A DNA stretch of 64,000 nt, taken from the NCBI GenBank assembly GCA_963790305.1, contig CAWBOC010000005.1, positions 480,001 to 544,000 on the forward strand, read 5' to 3'. The notes under the pieces are model-generated. The model did no database searches, was not told where the DNA came from, and saw only the letters and a program-made list of their open reading frames with translations. Of this stretch, positions 57,671 to 64,000 are shown piece after piece (within the stretch, counting starts at the first letter, position 1; each line of letters begins with the position of its first letter). The translations under genes and the position numbers were made by a program. This stretch comes from an uncultured Gemmatimonadaceae bacterium (GTDB taxonomy: Bacteria; Gemmatimonadota; Gemmatimonadetes; Gemmatimonadales; Gemmatimonadaceae).

Positions 57671-58141
57671 ATGTCATCGATGCCGACTGTGCGTCGCGCT
57701 CACGTTCGTGACTCTGCTTCCATCTCAGAGCTGATCGGCCTCTACGTCGCCGACGGCACCCTCCTGCCGCGCGCCCCGGAGTTCATCGCCGAGCGGATCA
57801 TCGATTTTCTGGTGAGCGAGGAAGAAGGGCGGGTCGTCGGGTGCGTGCACCTCGACGAGTATTCACCGAGTCTCGTCGAGGTCCGGTCGCTGGCCGTCGA
57901 CCCGGATTACCAGCGGCGGGGAATCGGGATCGCGCTCGTCGAAGCGGCGGAGAAGCTGGCGCGCGTTCGCGAGTACGCCACGGTGTTCGCCGTCAGCAGC
58001 AACGAGGACTTCTTCCGCGCGCGCGGTTACGACATACGACACATCCCGGAGCTCGACCGCGAACGCAGCGAGGTGAGTCGCTACAAAGGGGTGTACGCCA
58101 AAGATCTGGGCGTGACGGCGCCAGCGACTCAATCCTTGTAG
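57671..58141 (+). CDS. GNAT acetyltransferase, short ArgA-like N-acetylglutamate synthase
   Basis: GTLLPR, VVGCVHL, EVRSLAV...QRRGIG; follows argJ. Confidence 0.8.
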   Translation: MSSMPTVRRAHVRDSASISELIGLYVADGTLLPRAPEFIAERIIDFLVSEEEGRVVGCVHLDEYSPSLVEVRSLAVDPDYQRRGIGIALVEAAEKLARVREYATVFAVSSNEDFFRARGYDIRHIPELDRERSEVSRYKGVYAKDLGVTAPATQSL

Positions 58142-59349
58142 GGATCGAACTCGTTGGCGCCAGCCATCACCACCACGAGTGGCCGCAGCGTGTGCAGCAC
58201 CTCGACCGTTCCTTCCTGGGCCGCGAGGACCTCGGGAAGACGACGGTAGACGTGCGGGCTCTCGTCGAGCCCGCCACCGCGCAGGATCACTCCCTTCGCA
58301 CCGATCCACTCTTTCATCATCTCCGGCGTGACGCGGCCGGGAGAGACGATGCGCGCCTTCGGGCCCCATCCCTTCTTCTTGCCGGCGGCCTGCGAGCGGG
58401 ACATCACACGCCCCGCGCCGTGCACCGTCGAGAACAGCGCCTCGCGCTGCACCGCCGCGACATCGTCGCCCTGGCGGCCCTGCACGATGACCGCGTCGTC
58501 CCCCATCGAGCCACCGATGAATCCCTTCTGACCGGGAAACGCCGGCGTCGCGCCCTTGCGAACGACCACGAACTCTTCGCCATCGTGCGTCTCCTTCCAG
58601 GCGAAGTTGTGGTGATTGTGCACGAGCTCCATCTCGCGACCGCCGAGGATGGACACGACCTTGCGAGCGACCCACTCGCGACCGGCATATGCGTACCGGC
58701 CGGCGAGATTCATCAGGTGCCAGTAGTCGTGGCCCAGCGGCTCGTTGATGTCGAGCAGCGCCTCGCGCTCAGGAACCCGCTCGCCCCACTTCTTCCCCTG
58801 GCCTAACGCGAGGAAGCCGGAGGCGACGGTGTGCCCAAAGCCGCGGCTGCCGAAGTGCACGCCGACCCACAGCGTGCCCGTCTCATCGGCGAAGACGTCA
58901 ACGTAGTGATTGCCGCTGCCGACGGTGCCCAGCTGCGAGCGCGCCTTGTCGACGAGCGTCTTCCGCTCGCGCGCAGGCGCGGCGTCCCACGCCTCATCGT
59001 GAAAGAGCGCGTGATCGATCGGCGCGTCATCGGCGCGATTCTTCCGCCCGATGCCGAAGCTGACCGTGTTGGCGATCTCATCGGCAATTGCTCCCAGTGC
59101 GCCACGCTGCGCGACGTCGGTGTCCCCGAGGTCTGCGACGGTGAGATTGGTGCGAATGGCCGCGTTGCCGCAGGCGATGTCGAAGCCGACGCCGACCACG
59201 GACACCTTGTCGCGGTAGGCGGCAACTCCGCCGATGGGCATGACGTAGCCCACGTGGCCGTCCGCCATGAGCGCAACACGCTCGGCGGTCTGTGCCACCT
59301 TCTGGAGCTGGATGATGGTTTGTTCGTCGTGCTGGCCGAAAATCTTCAT
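58129..59349 (-). CDS. rtcB: RNA 2',3'-cyclic phosphate/5'-OH ligase
   Basis: MADGH.GY..PIGGV, GFDIACG, GTVGSGNHY, HFGSRG, HHNFAW, RKGATP, HGAGR, DESP.VY. Confidence 0.95.
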   Translation of the reverse strand: MKIFGQHDEQTIIQLQKVAQTAERVALMADGHVGYVMPIGGVAAYRDKVSVVGVGFDIACGNAAIRTNLTVADLGDTDVAQRGALGAIADEIANTVSFGIGRKNRADDAPIDHALFHDEAWDAAPARERKTLVDKARSQLGTVGSGNHYVDVFADETGTLWVGVHFGSRGFGHTVASGFLALGQGKKWGERVPEREALLDINEPLGHDYWHLMNLAGRYAYAGREWVARKVVSILGGREMELVHNHHNFAWKETHDGEEFVVVRKGATPAFPGQKGFIGGSMGDDAVIVQGRQGDDVAAVQREALFSTVHGAGRVMSRSQAAGKKKGWGPKARIVSPGRVTPEMMKEWIGAKGVILRGGGLDESPHVYRRLPEVLAAQEGTVEVLHTLRPLVVVMAGANEFDPYKD

Positions 59350-59358
59350 GGACGTCTG

Positions 59359-59435
59359 AGGTCGTCGAGGTGGTCAAGGGTGTCGAGGTGATCGAGGTGT
59401 GGTCGCCTTGATCGCCTCGACGCCCTCGACAACCT
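59359..59435. repeat. Inverted array of 9-bp (GTCGAGGTG-like) units
   Basis: GAGGTCGTCGAGGTGGTCAAGGGTGTCGAGGTGATCGAGG...CCTTGATCGCCTCGACGCCCTCGACAACCTC. Confidence 0.8.
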
Positions 59436-59956
59436 CATTTCATGAACATTCCGCCCTTTTCGTCGCCCGAATCGTTGTACACGGCGGGGACACGGACGCC
59501 CAGGAGGCGGAAATAGGTTCCGAGCTGCGCTCGGTGGTGCACCATGTGGTTCAGGCAAAGCGTGCGATAAATGAGATAGCGGGGTTGCGTGAACAGCGCG
59601 GCGCCGTTGGCGACGAGTGACCATGACTTCTGCAGGTGCGGGTCGCTTGCCTTTCCGAGAGCGGCGCGCAACCCGAGCATGTTCGTGTCGAACATGTCGA
59701 GCATCTCCCGATGCGAACGCACGACTTCCTGCTGCGGCAGCGGCTCACCCCCGGGAGCGACATCGAGAGAATCCGTCGTGAGGGCGAACTGGCCCCACGT
59801 TGGAAGCACGGCGATGAAGGTCGCGAGCTCCCCCAACGTCATTGATTTGCTGTGCGGCTTGAATCCCAGACTCTCCATTGGAACGCGCTCGAGATGCTTC
59901 CGTGTGAACGCGGCTTCGAGATCGAGCTCCGGAAGCAGAAGGTCCCGCACGGGCAT
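59435..59956 (-). CDS. DinB family protein
   Basis: TRKHLERVP..KPH.KSMTLG.LA; NHMVHHRAQLGTYFRLLG..VP..Y. Confidence 0.88.
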   Translation of the reverse strand: MPVRDLLLPELDLEAAFTRKHLERVPMESLGFKPHSKSMTLGELATFIAVLPTWGQFALTTDSLDVAPGGEPLPQQEVVRSHREMLDMFDTNMLGLRAALGKASDPHLQKSWSLVANGAALFTQPRYLIYRTLCLNHMVHHRAQLGTYFRLLGVRVPAVYNDSGDEKGGMFMK

Positions 59957-59991
59957 TGGTATCTCTCCTGAAACGGTCGTTCCTGCACCCA

Positions 59992-60762
59992 TCACGCGCT
60001 TGCTTTCGCGCGAGAGGTGTGCCGTCGGGCCGCCAGCGACGCGTCGGCGCGTGCGCTGGCGAGCCCCACGTACAAACCGCGGCCGCTGAGGCCTTCAGCA
60101 TCGAAGACCGTGATGAGTCCGGCAGCGGTGAACGCCGACAGATACTGCTCATGTGTGAACAGCCGTACATGGTGCCGCTCGAAGAATCGCTCGACGCCGT
60201 TCTCCGACGCGACCATGTGGTGCATGTCGAGCACGGCGACGTCGCCTTCGCGCCGGCTCACGCCAACGCGCGCGATCTTCAACCCCTCACCCTCGGCGAC
60301 ATCGACGTGCAGGTGCCCGTCGATGAAGCGGTCCGGCGTGAGCCACGGCTCCACGATGACGAGACCACCCGGCAGAACGTGCCGTGCCATCGTCGCGATG
60401 GCGCGACGCAGCTCGCTCACGCTACCCAGGTAGCCGATCGCGCTGAACAAGCACGTGACGGCATCGAAGCGCTCGCCGAGGGCGAAGTGCCGCATGTCGT
60501 ACTGAAAGAGCGGCACGTCGGGCAGCCGACGGCGTGCGACGGCGATCATCCAGGGCGACAGCTCGACACCCTCGACATCGTACCAGGTCCGCAGGTGCGA
60601 GAGATGGACTCCCGTCCCGCACGCCACGTCGAGCAGCGTGCGACGTTCGCGGCGCGGCGTGCGCGCGCAACGGTCGATCACGCCGTGGATGAGGCGTGCT
60701 TCGTTCGCGTAGTCCTTCGTCGCGTAGATCACGTCGTAGAGCTCAGCCAATCGCGTATACAT
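59992..60762 (-). CDS. Class I SAM-dependent methyltransferase (TylM1/DesVI-like fold)
   Basis: YD.IY..KDY..EA, LLDVACGTG, DMR.F.LG..FDAVTCLFSAIGY, PGG...VEPW. Confidence 0.88.
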   Translation of the reverse strand: MYTRLAELYDVIYATKDYANEARLIHGVIDRCARTPRRERRTLLDVACGTGVHLSHLRTWYDVEGVELSPWMIAVARRRLPDVPLFQYDMRHFALGERFDAVTCLFSAIGYLGSVSELRRAIATMARHVLPGGLVIVEPWLTPDRFIDGHLHVDVAEGEGLKIARVGVSRREGDVAVLDMHHMVASENGVERFFERHHVRLFTHEQYLSAFTAAGLITVFDAEGLSGRGLYVGLASARADASLAARRHTSRAKASA

Positions 60763-60844
60763 GGTCCTGTCCTCGTGCATGGGCGGGGAGAGGAGGTGTT
60801 TGAGCCTTTACACCGCGAGCCTCTCCCCACCGGGACATCAAGTG

Positions 60845-60873
60845 CGAATGCGGAATGCGGAATTCGGAATTCG
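60845..60873. repeat. GAATGCG/GAATTCG heptamer array
   Basis: CGAATGCGGAATGCGGAATTCGGAATTCG. Confidence 0.75.
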
Positions 60874-60874
60874 A

Positions 60875-61204
60875 TTACTGATCTTCCCACGGCTTCTTGT
60901 CCGCCTTCTCTTCCCGCGCGAGGAAGCGCTCCTGACGGCGGTCCTTCGCGCGCTGCTCGGCGGTGCACTCGATCATTCCGATCACGTCCTTGCAGCGAAC
61001 GCGAATGCGGCAGCCCGAGATATCCCGGAACTCCAGCCACCGTGGACGCCAGCGTCGCGCGAGCACGCGCTGGATACGTTCCGCCTGCGGCATGCGCACG
61101 TTGTACCAGCCGTTTTCGCAGCGCACCACCCAGTAGTCGCGCGCAACCGGCTGTTCCTCGTCAGGCTTCTCCTCGTTTTTGAGATACTCTGCAATGCGGT
61201 TCAT
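60875..61204 (-). CDS. Hypothetical protein, first gene of the putative rtcB operon
   Basis: GGAG RBS before ATG 61204; beta-rich core and charged helical tail. Confidence 0.7.
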   Translation of the reverse strand: MNRIAEYLKNEEKPDEEQPVARDYWVVRCENGWYNVRMPQAERIQRVLARRWRPRWLEFRDISGCRIRVRCKDVIGMIECTAEQRAKDRRQERFLAREEKADKKPWEDQ

Positions 61205-61304
61205 CGTCTCACTCCGACAGCGTAGCACGGCGGAAGGCAGAATCGCCCTCGGCGCTGGGAGTCGCGTTCGCCATCACCTCGGGCGCCACGCCCCCGCCGG
61301 CCAC

Positions 61305-61350
61305 AAAAGAAATCGCCCCACCTGCTGTGCTTGCGCAGGTGGGGCGATGC
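61305..61350 (-). terminator. Strong intrinsic terminator/attenuator within the operon leader
   Basis: Minus strand ATCGCCCCACCTGC-N9-GCAGGTGGGGCGAT followed by TTCTTTT. Confidence 0.85.
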
Positions 61351-61385
61351 TGCCGACCCCTATCGGAGTGTCGGATGCTCCGCTG

Positions 61386-61565
61386 TTAGGCCGAGCTCCT
61401 CCCGTCTCCGCATCCTGCGCCTATCGTTCGCGCCATCCAGGCGTCGCTTCGCCGAACGTCTTCCCTCGTGGAAGGAATTCGCGCGAGCGCGCACGGCCGT
61501 CCCGCTGGCTGATGCTTGCCAGCCAGGCGGTACGTACCGAGTTGGAAGGTCGAGTGCGCGGTCAT
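61386..61565 (-). CDS. Putative 59-aa leader peptide (uORF)
   Basis: My translation: MTAHSTFQLGTYRLAGKHQPAGRPCALARIPSTREDVRRSDAWMARTIGAGCGDGRSSA*; it ends about 35 nt before the terminator; no strong RBS. Confidence 0.5.
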   Translation of the reverse strand: MTAHSTFQLGTYRLAGKHQPAGRPCALARIPSTREDVRRSDAWMARTIGAGCGDGRSSA

Positions 61566-61708
61566 TGGTATCAGATACGAGTTGCTATGCCTTCTGTTCG
61601 TTGGACCCCGGAAACGAGAATCGCGTCACGATGGTCGTGGTCCGAGCTCCACGCGATGTGGGGCGGAGAACAGCGACGACATCGGGACGCGACTCCCAGG
61701 GAGGCGTC

Positions 61709-61736
61709 AGTATAAGGGCGCTGCGGAGATTGTCAA
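61709..61736 (-). promoter_or_regulatory. Near-consensus sigma70 promoter
   Basis: Minus strand TTGACA-16 nt-TATACT. Confidence 0.75.
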
Positions 61737-61753
61737 GAGGGGGCGTTAGGTTT

Positions 61754-62416
61754 TCACGAGAATATGCCGCCGATGATCTCGAGTATCGCCTCGAACACGC
61801 TGCCGGCGGCGTCGGCGACACCTCCTGCCACGCCGCTGCTTGCTACAGCCTCGGCGGCTCCCGATAGCGCATACCCGGCCGCGCGTGCGCCGAGGAAGAG
61901 CACGTCGGGCATGTACAACAGAGAGTCGACTACGAGAAGGCCCGGGACATCGGCAGTCGTGGCGAGACCAGCTCTGCCGCGCCGAGTGACATCTCTCTCG
62001 AGGCTGAGCTTCCAGATCGCGGCGATCTCAGCGTGATCGAACCATACTCCGCGACATGACTTGCACACGTCGAGCCGGATGTTCTGATACGTCTGCGGCT
62101 CGAGCGTCTGCTGACACGCCGGACAATCGATGGTGTTGCGAGACCCGCAGCTCGCACATTCGTGCGCGTTCCGGTCGATGGGCGTGTGACAGGAATGACA
62201 GAGCGCTCGCGCATCGGGTGGGAACGGCGAGACATGATTCCAGAATGCCTGCGGCGGATGCCGACGCAGTCGCTGGATCTCGCCGAGCTCGAACCAGACG
62301 CCGCCGCACCGTCGGCAGTAGTCGAGCTCCAGCTCCTCCGCGAGACCGACCCGCGTCTTCTCGAGGTGCGATCCCAAACAGACCGGGCAGGGATAGCGCG
62401 GCTCGATCTTAGGCAT
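61754..62416 (-). CDS. zf-TFIIB-like multi-zinc-ribbon protein
   Basis: CPVC..DYCRRCGGVWFE.GE; CHSC, CASC; CPAC..DVCKSCRGVWFD. Confidence 0.82.
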   Translation of the reverse strand: MPKIEPRYPCPVCLGSHLEKTRVGLAEELELDYCRRCGGVWFELGEIQRLRRHPPQAFWNHVSPFPPDARALCHSCHTPIDRNAHECASCGSRNTIDCPACQQTLEPQTYQNIRLDVCKSCRGVWFDHAEIAAIWKLSLERDVTRRGRAGLATTADVPGLLVVDSLLYMPDVLFLGARAAGYALSGAAEAVASSGVAGGVADAAGSVFEAILEIIGGIFS

Positions 62417-62858
62417 CGAGAATTCCCTTCGCGTGCGGTTTGTCCGCAAGGTTCTTGACATCGTGAAAAACATAGACGACGACACCGGAGTCGGTCACTT
62501 CGACATCAGCAAGCTGTCGAACCATGAGTGACTCGAGGAGCTCGTTGGCTTTCTCAGGCGTGATCGCGAACTCGGTGACCAGCTCAACGGCGGTGAGCCG
62601 GCCCTGCCGTTGGGCGGCGAGGCGCAGAATTTCCGATTCGTAGGTCTGCTGGCGCAGCACTTCTCGTCGTTCCGCCAGGCGAGCACCACCTCTCAAACGC
62701 TTGGTGAGCAACGCGATCCCACCGAGCGCCGGCAGCGCGACGGTAATGAGCAGCGCGGCGATGGTCGCCGGCGCGCTGGTCTCCGCGCCGGAACGCAGGA
62801 AGCCCAGGAGCATGAAGCCAGCGAGCGCGAGCAGAGCGAAACCGACGACCTTTGTCAC
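62409..62858 (-). CDS. Hypothetical membrane protein with two TMs and a winged-helix-like C-terminus
   Basis: Two hydrophobic segments; ILRLA...GRLTA.E...SGVVVYVF; overlaps the downstream gene. Confidence 0.75.
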   Translation of the reverse strand: MTKVVGFALLALAGFMLLGFLRSGAETSAPATIAALLITVALPALGGIALLTKRLRGGARLAERREVLRQQTYESEILRLAAQRQGRLTAVELVTEFAITPEKANELLESLMVRQLADVEVTDSGVVVYVFHDVKNLADKPHAKGILDA

Positions 62859-63020
62859 CGTCGAAAATCCTTCGCAGAGGTCTACGCAATACTACGTGCG
62901 TGGTGCGTCGCGCGCTTCATTCGCGATCACTGACGATCGAGTCGACGTGGCACCGCCAATGCGGTATAGTAGCACTCGGACAAATTTCCCTCTCAGCCCT
63001 TGCCTCGGAAGGAGGCTCGT

Positions 63021-63683
63021 ATGGCTATTGCCCGGTGGGTTGCTTCCGCCCTCGCCGTCGCCGCAATGATACCCGCGACTGGTCTGACGCAGCCGAACGT
63101 GAACTTCAAGGATTCGTGGTTCTGGGGGGTGAAGGGGGGAGTGATCTCGTTTTCCACCGCGACGGTCGATGGCCGCGTCGAGCCTGTCGTCGGTGGGGAA
63201 TGGCTGCTGACGCGCACACAGGGCGGGCTGTACGTGTCGTACGATCAATCGATGTTCGACGCGAGCTCCGCGTTCGAGGACACAACGGGGCAGTCGCGCA
63301 CGGTGACCATACGTGACCTGCGGCGACTGACCGTAGCGGCGATGGCGTTTCCGTTATTCCTCGACGCGGGTTTCGCGTCGATCCGGCCCTACGCGGGTGC
63401 CGGGTTCGCGCTCAACTTCATTCGGTCCGCCGCGCTCGTCGGCGCGCCGCCGACCGACACCATTCTCCGGAAAGACGTGAACAATCGCCTCGAGGAGGAG
63501 CGCGACCGAGCCGCCCCGGTGTTGATACTCGGGCTTCAGTTCCAGGTGGGACGATTGGCGGTCTTTGCGCAGGGCACGGCGATGCCGGCGGAAGCGGAAT
63601 TCTTCCTCAACGGCCGCCCGACGGTGTTCGCCGAGGCGGGGTTACGCTTCAACGCGGGCAGCTCGAAATCGAGGAGAGACTAG
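63021..63683 (+). CDS. Secreted outer-membrane beta-barrel-like protein
   Basis: AAGGAGG RBS, signal peptide, amphipathic strands, PYAGAG, C-terminal EAGLRF. Confidence 0.72.
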   Translation: MAIARWVASALAVAAMIPATGLTQPNVNFKDSWFWGVKGGVISFSTATVDGRVEPVVGGEWLLTRTQGGLYVSYDQSMFDASSAFEDTTGQSRTVTIRDLRRLTVAAMAFPLFLDAGFASIRPYAGAGFALNFIRSAALVGAPPTDTILRKDVNNRLEEERDRAAPVLILGLQFQVGRLAVFAQGTAMPAEAEFFLNGRPTVFAEAGLRFNAGSSKSRRD

Positions 63684-63690
63684 AACGGCA

Positions 63691-63783
63691 GAGGTCGTCG
63701 AGGGTGTCAATGTGATCGAGGGTGTCGAGGTAAAAAGCCGTTACCTCGACACCCTCGACGACATCGACATCCTTGACTACCTC
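63691..63783. repeat. Inverted array of 9-bp units between convergent genes
   Basis: GAGGTCGTCGAGGGTGTCAATGTGATCGAGGGTGTCGAGGTAA...TTACCTCGACACCCTCGACGACATCGACATCCTTGACTACCTC. Confidence 0.85.
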
Positions 63784-63787
63784 CGCT

Positions 63788-64000
63788 TCATACCGGGAAC
63801 AGCATCTCCCGATACTTCGGCAGCGGCCACAGCTCGTCGGCCACCACCAGCTCGAGCTTGTCGCACGCCGCACGCACTCCAGCCATCGCCTCCGCGCCCG
63901 TCGACGTCAGCATCTTCGCGCACTTGTCGAGATCGTCGTGCATGTGCTCCGCCTTCTCGATGACCGCGGCCAGCTTCTCCCGCTCGGCGCGCAGATCCTC
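63788..64000 (-). CDS. Glutamine synthetase type III, C-terminal part (runs off the window)
   Basis: My translation ends ...VRAACDKLELVVADELWPLPKYREMLFPV*, the typical GSIII terminus; not in the ORF track. Confidence 0.85.
   Translation of the reverse strand, partial: EDLRAEREKLAAVIEKAEHMHDDLDKCAKMLTSTGAEAMAGVRAACDKLELVVADELWPLPKYREMLFPV

Noticed and set aside
56439..60762. argJ/argA and the methyltransferase as part of the pyrrole cluster
   Set aside because: Separated by unrelated genes and in different transcription units; no sequence evidence of linkage.
61255..61699. MITE defined by the 13-bp inverted repeat
   Set aside because: No clear target-site duplication, a single copy in the window, and the arms align with a promoter and attenuator; kept as an RNA-structure hypothesis instead.
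61205..61700. Y RNA or tRNA next to rtcB
   Set aside because: No T-arm (GTTCRA) cloverleaf or Ro60 gene recognised; it would need an Infernal search.

Overview
High-GC bacterial chromosomal window. The gene repertoire and style suggest Gemmatimonadota; this is inference, not a database result. It holds about 65 protein-coding genes, and I recognised no rRNA, tRNA, CRISPR array, transposase or integrase. Housekeeping and stress genes include an amidase, a desaturase, YggX, a GH3 hydrolase, NrtR, a Ku plus split LigD NHEJ operon, CspA, SPFH, a CtpA-type protease, cardiolipin synthase, Lhr helicase, two HD-GYP proteins, a PAS/GAF kinase, MqnD, GlnA (GSI), the 3' end of a GSIII, ArgJ/ArgA and RtcB. 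About 14 apparent +1 insertions break 11 genes between 8.5 and 37.6 kb and look like long-read errors. Most interesting candidates: (1) an orphan PltE/PltF/PltL-like prolyl-to-pyrrolyl carrier-protein cassette headed by a CysE-like acyltransferase, with no PKS, NRPS or halogenase (50.3-54.1 kb); (2) a leader of about 500 nt above an rtcB RNA-repair operon, with a consensus promoter, a 59-aa uORF missing from the ORF track, a terminator, an antiterminator and a 13-bp closing stem (61.2-61.7 kb); (3) a charge-segregated acidic/Gly-Arg/basic disordered protein next to a degenerate pseudo-histidine kinase; (4) an orphan plasmid-type Rep gene bracketed by inverted heptamer arrays; (5) two paralogs of an unrecognised small-protein family; (6) three families of intergenic inverted short tandem repeats.
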